Source of the DNA: Actinomycetes bacterium
GTDB lineage: Bacteria; Actinomycetota; Actinomycetes; JACCUZ01
Direction of reading: 5' to 3'
NCBI GenBank assembly: GCA_036375795.1
Contig: DASVBQ010000365.1
Coordinates: 1-27,642 of the forward strand
Length of the DNA stretch: 27,642 nucleotides
Positions 11,706-20,573 of the stretch are shown here, piece by piece; the first letter of the stretch is position 1; the number at the start of each line of letters is the position of its first letter. Below the pieces are notes generated by a model. That model was not told the origin of the DNA. It ran no database searches and saw only the letters and a program-made list of their open reading frames with translations. The position numbers and the translations under genes were made by a program.

Positions 11706-12422
11706 ATGGGCGGGCCGCGACGGTTCGTGGTCCGGCGCGACGCCGGCCTGTGGGCGTACGAACGTGCGCTGGAGCGTGCCGGCCTCACCCCGGTCGCCGG
11801 CGCCGACGAGGCGGGCCGTGGTGCCTGCGCCGGACCGCTCGTCGTGGCGGCGGTCGTGCTGCCCACCGGCAAGCGCGGGCAGGTGCCCGGGCTGGCCGAC
11901 TCGAAGCTGCTCACCGCGGCCGCGCGGGAGCGCGTCTACGACGAGGTCGTGCGGCGGGCGCTGACCTGGGCGGCCGTCGTGATCCCCGCCGGCGAGGTCG
12001 ACCGGACGGGGCTGCACGTCTGCAACGTCGAGGGGATGCGGCGTTCGCTGGCCCAGCTGTCGGTCACCCCCGCGTACGTGCTCACCGACGGGTTCCCGAT
12101 CCGCGGCCTGCCGGCCCCGGCCCTCGCGGTCTGGAAGGGTGACCGGGTGAGCGCTTCCATCGCGGCGGCGTCGGTCGTCGCGAAGGTCACCCGGGACCGC
12201 ATCATGGCGACCCTGCACGAGCGCTTCCCGTCGTACGACTTCCTCGGGCACAAGGGCTACGTCACACCGGTGCACAACGCCGCCCTCGACGAGCACGGCC
12301 CGTGCGCGGAGCACCGGTTCTCCTACGTCAACGTGGCACGACGGGCGCCGGGTGACGAGCGGATACCGGCCCGGACCCTCGTGCGGGTGGACGAGCTCGA
12401 CGAGGAGGTGCTGACCGGGTGA
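11706..12422 (+). CDS. rnhB: Ribonuclease HII
   Basis: AGADEAGRGACAGPLV, LADSKLL, VLTDG, KGD...IAAASVVAKVTRD, HKGYVT. Confidence 0.96.
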   Translation: MGGPRRFVVRRDAGLWAYERALERAGLTPVAGADEAGRGACAGPLVVAAVVLPTGKRGQVPGLADSKLLTAAARERVYDEVVRRALTWAAVVIPAGEVDRTGLHVCNVEGMRRSLAQLSVTPAYVLTDGFPIRGLPAPALAVWKGDRVSASIAAASVVAKVTRDRIMATLHERFPSYDFLGHKGYVTPVHNAALDEHGPCAEHRFSYVNVARRAPGDERIPARTLVRVDELDEEVLTG

Positions 12423-12745
12423 GCGCGGAGGACCTGGAGAAGTACGAGACCGAGATGGAGCTGCAGCTCTACCGCGAGTACCGCGACGTGGTGGGGCTGT
12501 TCACCTACGTCGTGGAGACCGAGCGCCGCTTCTACCTGACCAACTCCGTGGACGTGACCCCTCGCACCACCGACGGGGGAGAGGTCTACTTCGAGGTGAC
12601 GATGTCCGACGCCTGGGTGTGGGACATGTACCGGCAGGCGCGCTTCGTCAAGAACGTCCGCGTGCTGACGTTCAAGGATGTCAACGTCGAGGAGCTGGCC
12701 CGCACCGAGCTGTCGGTCGACCGCATCCAGGACTCGTCGACCTAG
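12419..12745 (+). CDS. DUF2469 family protein
   Basis: MSAEDLEKYETEMELQLYREY...YVVETERRFYL...DAWVWDMYR.ARFVK.VRV.TFKDVNVEEL, recognised as the conserved actinobacterial DUF2469. GTGA overlap with rnhB. Confidence 0.88.
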   Translation: MSAEDLEKYETEMELQLYREYRDVVGLFTYVVETERRFYLTNSVDVTPRTTDGGEVYFEVTMSDAWVWDMYRQARFVKNVRVLTFKDVNVEELARTELSVDRIQDSST

Positions 12746-12870
12746 CCGAGCCGCCGAGCCGTCCCCAGGCGGCGGCGCGGGCTCGCTCGTCCACAGCTTC
12801 CGGCTGCCCGCCCGATCGACAGGCCCGTGCCAGCAGGCTGGTCCGTGTGGCGGACGGCGGAGGAGGCGGG

Positions 12871-13227
12871 GTGCGGGTCAAGGACGCGGTGGGCGCCTAC
12901 GGCGAGCGGGTGGCGGTGGCGCACCTGGTGTCCGCGGGCATGGTGATCCTGGACCGCAACTGGCGCTGCCCGACGGGTGAGATCGACATCGTCGCCCGGG
13001 ACGGGGACGTGCTGGTGTTCTGCGAGGTGAAGACCCGGACGTCGAACGCCTTCGGCTCTCCGCTGGAGGCGGTGACCCGGCGCAAGGCCGCCCGGTTGCG
13101 GCGGCTCGCGGCGGCGTGGATGCACCAGCGGTCGCTGGGGGTGCCGGAGGTGCGGATCGACCTCGTCGGGGTCCTCCGACCTCCGCGCGGGCCGGCGCAG
13201 GTCGACCACGTCCGCGGGGTGGCCTGA
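12871..13227 (+). CDS. yraN: YraN family (UPF0102) PD-(D/E)xK nuclease
   Basis: GAYGERVA, RNWRCPTGEIDIVA, VFCEVKTR, RIDLVGV. GTG 12871 after AGGAGG at 12861-12866. Confidence 0.92.
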   Translation: MRVKDAVGAYGERVAVAHLVSAGMVILDRNWRCPTGEIDIVARDGDVLVFCEVKTRTSNAFGSPLEAVTRRKAARLRRLAAAWMHQRSLGVPEVRIDLVGVLRPPRGPAQVDHVRGVA

Positions 13228-13228
13228 C

Positions 13229-14782
13229 GTGGCGCTCGGGCGTACGCGGGGCGTGGCCCTGATCGGGGTCGACGGGCACCTCGTCGACGTCGAGGCGGAC
13301 CTGAGCCCGGGCGTGCCGTCGTACAGCCTCGTCGGGCTGCCCGACACGTCCCTGTCGGAGTCGCGCGACCGGGTGCGGGCCGCGATGCTCAACAGCGGCC
13401 AGGACTGGCCCGCCACCCGGCGGGTCACCGTCAACCTGTCCCCGGCCAGCCTTCCCAAGCGCGGCTCGAGCTTCGACCTGGCCATCGCCGCGGCGCTGCT
13501 GGCCGCGCAGGCGGAAGTGCCGTCGGGGGTCTTCGCGCCCGCGGTGCTGATCGGGGAGCTCGGCCTGGACGGGCGGGTCCGCCCGGTCCGCGGGGTGCTG
13601 CCGGCGGTCGCGGCGGCCGCCCGGGCGGGCGTGGAGAGCGTGGTGGTGCCCGCCGCGAACGTCGCGGAGGCCGCCCTGGTCCCCGGCCTGCGGGTCACCG
13701 GGGTGGCGACCCTGCGCGCCCTCGTCGCCCGTGCCCGCGGGCAGGAGCCGCCGGAGGAGGCCGACGAGCCGGGTCCGGCCGCGGCCGCCGACCCGGAGGA
13801 CGACCTGCACACGCCGGACCTGGCGGACGTGCTCGGCCAGCAGACGGCTCGGTTCCTGCTCGAGGTGGCGGCCGCCGGTGGGCACCATCTGTTGATGCTG
13901 GGCCCGCCGGGCGCGGGCAAGACCATGCTGGCCGAGCGGCTCCCCGGGCTGTTGCCCCCGCTGGACCGGGAGTCCGCGCTCGAGGTGACCGCGGTCCACT
14001 CGGTGGCCGGGGCGCTGCGCGGGGCAGGCAGCACCCCGCTGCTACGCGTGCCACCGTTCCAGGCACCGCACCACACGGCGTCCGTCCCGGCGATCGTCGG
14101 GGGCGGGTCGTCGTACGTCCGGCCGGGCGCGGCCTCGCTGGCCCACCGCGGGATCCTGTTCCTGGACGAGGCCCCGGAGTTCGCGCCCGGCGTGCTGGAC
14201 GCACTGCGAGAGCCGCTCGAGTCCGGTGAGATCACGGTTGCCCGGCTTGCTGCCCAGGTCCGCTTCCCGGCCCGCTTCCAGCTCCTGCTCGCCGCCAACC
14301 CCTGCCCGTGCGGCCTGGCCCTCGAGCGCGGTGCCGAGTGCTCGTGCACGCCGATGGCGCGGATCCGCTACCTCAGCCGGCTCTCCGGTCCGCTCCTGGA
14401 CCGGGTGGACCTGCGCATCGAGATGCTCGCCGCGTCGCGGGCCGACCTGCGGGGGGACCCCTCGGGTGCGGAAGGTTCCGCCGCGGTGGCTGCGCGGGTT
14501 GCCCAGGCGCGGGAGCGGATGGCGGCGCGGCTCGCAGGTACCCCGTGGCGGGTCAACGCCGAGGTGCCCGGCCACGTCCTGCGCCGCCGGTGGCGGCTGC
14601 CGTGGGAGGTCGTCGCCCAGGCGGAGCGGCTGCTCGACCTCGGTCAGCTCACCGCCCGCGGCGTCGACCGGGTGGTGCGCGTCGCCTGGACCCTGGCCGA
14701 CCTCGCCGGGCGGGACCAGCCGGACGCGGGCGACGTCGGCGTGGCCCTGGACTGCCGGGCACCGCACCGGCGGGCGGCATGA
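13229..14782 (+). CDS. comM: YifB/ComM Mg-chelatase-like AAA+ ATPase
   Basis: LVGLPDTSLSESRDRVRAA, NLSPASLPKRGSSFDL, Walker A GPPGAGKT, Walker B FLDE, NPCPCG...CSC, SGPLLDRVD. Confidence 0.95.
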   Translation: MALGRTRGVALIGVDGHLVDVEADLSPGVPSYSLVGLPDTSLSESRDRVRAAMLNSGQDWPATRRVTVNLSPASLPKRGSSFDLAIAAALLAAQAEVPSGVFAPAVLIGELGLDGRVRPVRGVLPAVAAAARAGVESVVVPAANVAEAALVPGLRVTGVATLRALVARARGQEPPEEADEPGPAAAADPEDDLHTPDLADVLGQQTARFLLEVAAAGGHHLLMLGPPGAGKTMLAERLPGLLPPLDRESALEVTAVHSVAGALRGAGSTPLLRVPPFQAPHHTASVPAIVGGGSSYVRPGAASLAHRGILFLDEAPEFAPGVLDALREPLESGEITVARLAAQVRFPARFQLLLAANPCPCGLALERGAECSCTPMARIRYLSRLSGPLLDRVDLRIEMLAASRADLRGDPSGAEGSAAVAARVAQARERMAARLAGTPWRVNAEVPGHVLRRRWRLPWEVVAQAERLLDLGQLTARGVDRVVRVAWTLADLAGRDQPDAGDVGVALDCRAPHRRAA

Positions 14783-15906
14783 CCCCCGGTGCGGGGGTCC
14801 GGGCCGTGGCCGGCGCCGACACCCGGGCGCGGGTGGCGCTCAGCCACCTGGGTGAGCCGGGCGACGCCGACCTCGGCCGCCTCGTCGGCTCTCTCGGCGC
14901 CGAGGAGGTGCTGGCGCGGATCCGGGCCGGAACGCTGCCGGACGGGCGCCCCTCGCACTACCAGGCCCGTCTCCAGCGGCTCGACGTCGACCAGGACCTC
15001 GAGGTCGCAGCCCGCGGCGGCATCCGGCTGCTGGTCCCGGGCGACGAGGAGTGGCCGGCGCAGCTGGGAGACCTCGGGCCCCGGGAGCCGCTGCTGCTGT
15101 GGGTCTCCGGCAGTGCCGACCTCGCGGCGACGACGTGGCGCTCGGTGGCGGTCGTGGGCGCACGGGCGTGTACGGCGTACGGCGAGCACGTCTCCGCCGA
15201 GCTGGCCGCTGGGCTGGCCGACCGCGGGTGGACCGTGGTGAGCGGCGGTGCGTTCGGTGTCGACGCCGCCGCGCACCGCGGCGCGCTCGCGGTGGACGGC
15301 GAGACGGTCGCCGTCCTGGCCTGCGGGGTGGACGTCGCCTACCCGGCCGCTCACGAAGGGTTGCTGGCCCACGTACGCCGATCGGGCGCCGTCGTGTCCG
15401 AGCTGCCACCCGGCGCGCGCCCCACGCGAACGCGGTTCCTCGAGCGCAACCGGGTGATCGCCGCGCTCGGCCGGGGGACGGTGGTCGTCGAGGCCGCGGC
15501 CCGCAGCGGCGCTCGGAGCACGGCGAGCAGGGCGGACGAGCTGTCGCGGCCGGTGATGGCGGTCCCGGGTCCGGTGACCTCGGCGCTGTCCGTCGGCTGT
15601 CACGAGCTGGTCCGCGGCTACGGCGCCTGTCTGGTGACCGACGCGGCCGATATCGTCGAGGTCGTCGGCCGGCTCGGCGACGACGCCGTCCCGGAGCGGC
15701 GAGGTGAGTGGCGTCCAGGGGACGGCCTGGACCCGATCACCCTGCGCGTGCTGGAGGCCCTGCCGATGCGCCGGTGGGCCCGCCCTGACGCGGTGGGGGT
15801 GGCGGCCGGCGTCGACGGCCCGAGCGTCCTGCGTGGGCTGGCCCTGCTCGCCGGCGCGGGCCTGGCCGAGAACCGCGACGGTGCCTGGCGCCGGGCCGCA
15901 ACCTGA
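14779..15906 (+). CDS. dprA: DNA-processing protein DprA
   Basis: [53 protein letters not shown]-terminal winged-helix-like segment. ATG 14779 overlaps the comM stop (ATGA). Confidence 0.96.
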   Translation: MTPGAGVRAVAGADTRARVALSHLGEPGDADLGRLVGSLGAEEVLARIRAGTLPDGRPSHYQARLQRLDVDQDLEVAARGGIRLLVPGDEEWPAQLGDLGPREPLLLWVSGSADLAATTWRSVAVVGARACTAYGEHVSAELAAGLADRGWTVVSGGAFGVDAAAHRGALAVDGETVAVLACGVDVAYPAAHEGLLAHVRRSGAVVSELPPGARPTRTRFLERNRVIAALGRGTVVVEAAARSGARSTASRADELSRPVMAVPGPVTSALSVGCHELVRGYGACLVTDAADIVEVVGRLGDDAVPERRGEWRPGDGLDPITLRVLEALPMRRWARPDAVGVAAGVDGPSVLRGLALLAGAGLAENRDGAWRRAAT

Positions 15907-15929
15907 TCGGTGGCCCGGCGCGGCGGTGC

Positions 15930-15965
15930 TTGCGTCCGGGGGCGTCCCGCTCCACCGTGGGCCGC
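15930..15965 (+). promoter_or_regulatory. Putative promoter for a leaderless xerC transcript
   Basis: TTGCGT(15930-15935)-17 bp-CACCGT(15953-15958)-7 nt-GTG(15966); no SD in front of the GTG. Confidence 0.5.
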
Positions 15966-16919
15966 GTGAGCGGGCCAGGAGGGACCGACGCCGCGCCGGC
16001 GGACCGTGCCCCGGGCGACCTGGCGGTCGAGCTGGAGGCGTTCGTCCGGCACCTGCGCTCGGAGCGCGGGCTGTCCGAGCACTCCGTGCGCGCCTACCGC
16101 GGCGACGTCGCCACGCTGGTCGACCACGCGACCCGCATGGGCCGGGGCCGGGTCGCCGACCTGGACCTGCTGGTGCTGCGCAGCTGGCTTGCCGGCCAGG
16201 CCACGCGCGGGATGGCGCGCACGACGCTGGCCCGGCGGGCCGCCGCGGCGCGGGGCTTCACCGCCTGGGCTCATCGGCGCGGGCTGATCGCCACCGACCC
16301 GGGGTCGCTGCTCGCGACCCCCCGGACCGGTCGGCCCCTTCCCGGCGTACTGCGGCGCGACGAGGCGGACGCGCTGCTGCACGTCGCGGGGCTCGCCGCC
16401 GACGACGAGGGCCCGGTCGCCCTGCGCGACCTCGCGATGCTGGAGGTGCTCTACGCCAGCGGGATCCGGGTGGGCGAGCTGTGCGGGCTCGACGTGGACG
16501 AGGTGGATCGGGCGCGACGGGTCCTGCGCGTCCTCGGCAAGGGCGCGAAGGAGCGCACCGTCCCGGTGGGCGCGCCGGCGCTGCGAGCCCTGGACCGCTG
16601 GCTGGCCGACGGACGACCGGCCCTCGCGACCCCCACCAGCGGGCCGGCGCTCTTCCTCGGGGCGCGGGGCCGCCGGGTCGATCCGCGGACGGTGCGCCGA
16701 GCCGTGCACGCGCTGCTGGCCCACGTCCCGGGCGCCCCCGACCTGGGGCCGCACGGCCTGCGGCACTCAGCCGCCACGCACCTTCTGGAGGGTGGCGCGG
16801 ACCTGAGATCCGTTCAGGAGCTGCTCGGCCACGCTACGCTCGCGACAACGCAGATCTACACCCACGTGTCCGTCGACAGGCTGAAGGCGACATATGACCA
16901 AGCGCACCCACGGGCGTGA
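15966..16919 (+). CDS. xerC: Tyrosine recombinase XerC
   Basis: Catalytic set in ASGIRVGEL (R), GKGAKER (K), [11 protein letters not shown] (HxxRH), LLGH and TQIYTHV (Y); N-terminal SAM-like domain (SEHSVRAY). Typical chromosomal position after dprA. Confidence 0.92.
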   Translation: MSGPGGTDAAPADRAPGDLAVELEAFVRHLRSERGLSEHSVRAYRGDVATLVDHATRMGRGRVADLDLLVLRSWLAGQATRGMARTTLARRAAAARGFTAWAHRRGLIATDPGSLLATPRTGRPLPGVLRRDEADALLHVAGLAADDEGPVALRDLAMLEVLYASGIRVGELCGLDVDEVDRARRVLRVLGKGAKERTVPVGAPALRALDRWLADGRPALATPTSGPALFLGARGRRVDPRTVRRAVHALLAHVPGAPDLGPHGLRHSAATHLLEGGADLRSVQELLGHATLATTQIYTHVSVDRLKATYDQAHPRA

Positions 16920-17775
16920 CGGCTCCCCGGCCGCCACGTCAGCCGGGGGAGTGGGCGCCGCGACCGCGCGAGAGGCTGTCCTCGACGACGCCGCCGCCGA
17001 GAAGAGCGCTGCCGAGGCGGCGCTGCGCGAGCTCTGGCAGGAGTACAAGAAGACCGGCGACGCCGCGCTGCGCGAGCGCCTGATCCTGCACTACTCCCCG
17101 CTGGTCAAGTACGTCGCCGGCCGTGTCGGCGTCGGTCTGCCGCCGAACATCGAGCAGGCCGACCTCGTGTCGTACGGCATCTTCGGCCTGATCGACGCCA
17201 TCGACAAGTTCGACCTCGAGCGGGCCATCAAGTTCGAGACCTACGCCATCAGCCGGATCCGCGGCGCGATCATCGACGAGCTGCGCGCCATCGACTGGAT
17301 CCCGCGCTCGGTGCGCTACAAGGCGCGTGAGGTCGAGAAGGCCTACGCCAAGCTCGAGAGCGAGCTGCACCGCACGCCCAGCGAGGCCGAGGTCGCCGCC
17401 GAGATGGGCATCGGCCTCGACGACCTGCACCAGATCTTCAGCCAGGTGTCGTTCGTGAACGTGGTGGCCCTCGACGAGCTGCTCAGCGTGGGCGGCGAGA
17501 AGGGCGACAAGCTCAGCCTGGTCGACACCCTCGAGGACACCCGGGCCGAGGACCCCGTCCTCGCCTTCGAGTCCGAGGAGACGAAGTTCCTCCTCGCCAA
17601 GGCGATCAACATGCTTCCGGAGCGGGAGAAGATCGTCGTGACGCTCTACTACTACGAGGGGCTGACGCTGGCCGAGATCGGCCAGGTGCTCGGCGTCACC
17701 GAGAGCCGGATCTGCCAGATGCACACCAAGGCAGTGCTGCAGCTGCGCGGCAAGCTCGCCGACTCCAAGGACTGA
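16894..17775 (+). CDS. whiG: RNA polymerase sigma factor WhiG (FliA/sigma-28 family)
   Basis: [85 protein letters not shown]. Start overlaps the xerC end by 26 nt and is somewhat uncertain. Confidence 0.93.
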   Translation: MTKRTHGRDGSPAATSAGGVGAATAREAVLDDAAAEKSAAEAALRELWQEYKKTGDAALRERLILHYSPLVKYVAGRVGVGLPPNIEQADLVSYGIFGLIDAIDKFDLERAIKFETYAISRIRGAIIDELRAIDWIPRSVRYKAREVEKAYAKLESELHRTPSEAEVAAEMGIGLDDLHQIFSQVSFVNVVALDELLSVGGEKGDKLSLVDTLEDTRAEDPVLAFESEETKFLLAKAINMLPEREKIVVTLYYYEGLTLAEIGQVLGVTESRICQMHTKAVLQLRGKLADSKD

Positions 17776-17787
17776 TGAAGCGGCCCG

Positions 17788-18603
17788 TCACATCCTGGTG
17801 ATCGCCGACCGCGGCCCCATCACGACCACCGGCCGGCTTGCCGGGTCGAGCCAGCGCAGCACCCGGCGCAGGTCCGCCTGGGCGACCGACACGCAGCCGG
17901 TGGTGGCGCCCGGCCGGTCGACGTGCAGGAAGATACCCCCGCCGCGCCGGGGGTCCGCCGGCTCGCGCGCCACCCGTTCGCCGCCCGTGCGGTGCACCTC
18001 GGAGGGCAGGTTGAAGTCCAGCACGGCGGCGTGACGGTACTGCCGGCCGTAGGACGACAGGTCCTCCGCCCAGCTCGTCCGCCAGTCCGCGGCCGAGGTC
18101 CGTCGGGGCTGCCACACGTTGTAGGTCGCCGGGTCGCGGGGGTCGTAGGGCCACCAGTCGTCCGGGTCCACCTCGCGATAGGGCAGGGCGGTGCCCGGGT
18201 CGCGCCAGGTGCCGAACGCCCACAGCACCCTGAAGGTACCGGCCGGGGTGGTGCTGGTGCCCTGGCGCCGGGAGGCGGCAGGTGCGAAGCCGTTGCGCCC
18301 CAGCCGGGCCGCGACCGGGCCGAGCAATCGCCGCCATGCCCCGTCGGCCGTCTGCTCGTACGCCCGCAGCCGGGCGTGGCTGCTCGACCACGAGGGTGAG
18401 GTGACGACGAGGACCTGCCGGGCGCCCCCGAGGTGGGTGAGCCGGCTGGGGTGGTGGGCCGGGCGCTCGCTGCCCACGACCGCACGAGCGCCGGTCGGCA
18501 GCAGCACCGCGGCAACCAGCACCACCAACGCCACCCGCAGCCGTCTCGCCGGCGAGGGCCTGGACGCGGATCCCCACCCCGGCCCCGGTGTCGCGCCTTG
18601 CAC
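17788..18603 (-). CDS. Secreted L,D-transpeptidase (YkuD-like) family protein
   Basis: Hydrophobic N-terminal segment (RLRVALVVLVAAVLLP), RLGRNGF, TTPAGTF, and C-terminal GIFLH...GATTGCVSV with the His/Cys catalytic pair. Start re-set to GTG 18603, 7 nt after a minus-strand CAGGGT -10. Confidence 0.8.
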   Translation of the reverse strand: MQGATPGPGWGSASRPSPARRLRVALVVLVAAVLLPTGARAVVGSERPAHHPSRLTHLGGARQVLVVTSPSWSSSHARLRAYEQTADGAWRRLLGPVAARLGRNGFAPAASRRQGTSTTPAGTFRVLWAFGTWRDPGTALPYREVDPDDWWPYDPRDPATYNVWQPRRTSAADWRTSWAEDLSSYGRQYRHAAVLDFNLPSEVHRTGGERVAREPADPRRGGGIFLHVDRPGATTGCVSVAQADLRRVLRWLDPASRPVVVMGPRSAITRM

Positions 18604-18652
18604 GGGCCCGACCCTGCCAGGTCGGGCGCCGACACGCCCATAGGCTGGCCGG
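18604..18652. promoter_or_regulatory. Divergent promoter pair, both apparently leaderless
   Basis: Plus strand: TAGGCT 18641-18646, 6 nt, GTG 18653. Minus strand: TGG-CAGGGT (plus-strand ACCCTG at 18611-18616), 7 nt, GTG 18603. Confidence 0.55.
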
Positions 18653-19852
18653 GTGCCTGCCGAGCCTCCGACGGTGACCGCCGACCCGAACGCCAACCCG
18701 CTGTGGGGCCCTGACTGGCCCGAGGTCCGGGCGCTCTGGCCGCTCGAGGGCACGGTCGCCCACCTCAACCACGGGTCCTACGGTGCCGTCCCGACACCGG
18801 TGCTCGAGGAGCAGCAGTCCTGGCGCGACCGCATGGAGGGCAATCCGGTGCGGTTCTTCAGCCGCGAGCTGCCTGGGGCGCTGCACCAGGCACGGGCCGA
18901 GGTGGCGCTGTTCCTCGGTGCCCAGCCGGACTCGCTGGCGTTCGTCCGCAACGCGACCGCCGCCGTGAACACGGTCCTCGCCTGCTTCCCGCTCGAGCCG
19001 GACGATGCCGTGCTCCTGACCGACCACGCCTACGGCGCGGTGCGCATCGCCGCCGGTCGCTGGACCGAGCGGGCCCGCGCCCGGCTCGACACGGTCCACG
19101 TGCCGCTCGGGGCCGACGACGCGACGGCCGCGGCGGCAGTTCTCGGGGCCGTCCACGAGCACACCAGGGTCGTCGTGCTCGAGCAGGTGACCAGCCCGAC
19201 CGCCCGCCGGCTGCCGCTGGTCGAGCTCGTTCCCGCACTGCGGGAACGCGGCATCGCCGTCCTGGTGGACGGGGCCCATGCGCCGGGGATGCTCGCAGTC
19301 GACCTCGACCGGCTCGGCGCCGACTTCTGGACCGGCAGCCTGCACAAGTGGGGCTGCGCGCCCCCGGGCACCGCTGTGCTGCACGCCGACGAGCGCTGGC
19401 GACATCAGTTGCGTCCGCTCGTGGCCTCTTGGGGCGAGACCCAGGGCTTCCCGACGGCCTTCGACGACGTGGGCACCGACGACCTCACGGCCTGGCTGGC
19501 CGCGCCGCGCGCGCTGCGTGTCCTCGAGCGGCTGGGCCTGGACCGGCTGCGGCGGCACAACGTCGAGCTCGCCGTCGCCGGTCAACAGGAGGTCGCCGCC
19601 GCTCTGGGCGTCGACACCGCGGAGCTGCCCCGCGACCCGGCGGTCAGCATGCAGCTCGTGCCCCTGCCGGACGGCCTGGTCACCGACACCGCCCAGGCCG
19701 ACGCGCTGCAGGCCCGGATCGGGGAGGAGGCAGCGGTCGAGGTGGCCGTCACCGCCTGGGCGGGTCGCGGCTTCGTCCGGCTCTCGGCCCAGGCCTACAA
19801 CGCGCCCGCCGACTATCGCCGGCTCGCCGCCGACCTGCCGTCGCTGCTCTGA
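18653..19852 (+). CDS. Class V aminotransferase-fold PLP enzyme (isopenicillin N epimerase / L-cysteine desulfhydrase-like)
   Basis: HLNHGSYGAVP, FVRNATAAVN, LTDHAYGAV, LVDGAHAPG, DFWTGSLHKW (PLP lysine), RLSAQAYN. Confidence 0.85.
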   Translation: MPAEPPTVTADPNANPLWGPDWPEVRALWPLEGTVAHLNHGSYGAVPTPVLEEQQSWRDRMEGNPVRFFSRELPGALHQARAEVALFLGAQPDSLAFVRNATAAVNTVLACFPLEPDDAVLLTDHAYGAVRIAAGRWTERARARLDTVHVPLGADDATAAAAVLGAVHEHTRVVVLEQVTSPTARRLPLVELVPALRERGIAVLVDGAHAPGMLAVDLDRLGADFWTGSLHKWGCAPPGTAVLHADERWRHQLRPLVASWGETQGFPTAFDDVGTDDLTAWLAAPRALRVLERLGLDRLRRHNVELAVAGQQEVAAALGVDTAELPRDPAVSMQLVPLPDGLVTDTAQADALQARIGEEAAVEVAVTAWAGRGFVRLSAQAYNAPADYRRLAADLPSLL

Positions 19853-19882
19853 CCGCGCCAGACGGCACGTCCGCCCGGGTCC

Positions 19883-20452
19883 TCATCCGCGCGCCATGAG
19901 CGGGCCGCGGTCCGGCGCCATCGCCGGCCAGTGCCCGACGAGCGGCGCCGCCCACGGGTCAGGTCCGTCGGCCGGGTCGACGTTCCAGACGGGCAGCAGC
20001 CGCACGGTGACGGCGCCGACGAGGGCCAGCGGGTCGAGGTAGGTCTCGCCCACCCGCAGGCCCCAGTGCAGGCAGGTGGCCGGCAGGCAGTGGCCCGGCG
20101 CCGCAGAGAGGGTGCCCAGAACCTGGCCCTCACGGACCGGGTCACCCGCCGCCACGACCGGCGACACCGGCTCGTAGGTCGTACGCCGGCCGTCCGCGTG
20201 GTCGACGCTCACCACCCCCCGACCCGCCACCGGCCCGGCGAAGGCCACCACCCCGAAACCCGCCGACCGGACCGGCTCGCCGACCTCGGCGGCGAGGTCG
20301 GCACCCCGGTGGCCCGCGGCGTAGGGCCCGGTCGGGGCCTCGAAGCCGGCGACGACCCGCGGCTGCGGGTCGAGCGGCCAGACCCAGCCGCAGCAGAGCA
20401 GGCAGCCGAGCAGGAGCGCGCCGAGTCGGGACCAGAGGCGGGTGTGTCGCAC
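19883..20452 (-). CDS. M23/LytM family peptidase-like protein
   Basis: Signal-peptide-like N-terminus, WVWPL, GHRGADL (HxxxD), VAFAGPVAGRGVVSVDH, CLHWG, YLDPL. Leaderless-type start GTG 20452, 7 nt after minus-strand CAGGCT. Usual divergent position upstream of rpsB. Confidence 0.85.
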   Translation of the reverse strand: MRHTRLWSRLGALLLGCLLCCGWVWPLDPQPRVVAGFEAPTGPYAAGHRGADLAAEVGEPVRSAGFGVVAFAGPVAGRGVVSVDHADGRRTTYEPVSPVVAAGDPVREGQVLGTLSAAPGHCLPATCLHWGLRVGETYLDPLALVGAVTVRLLPVWNVDPADGPDPWAAPLVGHWPAMAPDRGPLMARG

Positions 20453-20573
20453 ACCGGCCAGCCTGTGCCCGGCGAGGGCTCGGACCCGACGCGGCGGGCG
20501 AGGATGTGGACGACGCGACGGGGAGCTCGGCCTGTGCATGACCGCGGATTTCAGGACCGCGGAGGCTCCGGCG

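Noticed and set aside
12787-12795. TCGTCCACA, one mismatch from the actinobacterial DnaA box, upstream of yraN
   Set aside because: A single imperfect box with no partner boxes; cannot be separated from chance without comparative data.
15966-16919. Tyrosine recombinase as a phage or ICE integrase
   Set aside because: XerC-like size and motifs, standard position after dprA, no att-like repeats, tRNA, cargo genes or composition shift.
18653-19852. CefD-like gene as part of a beta-lactam biosynthetic cluster
   Set aside because: No ACV synthetase, IPNS or expandase nearby; stand-alone homologs are widespread.
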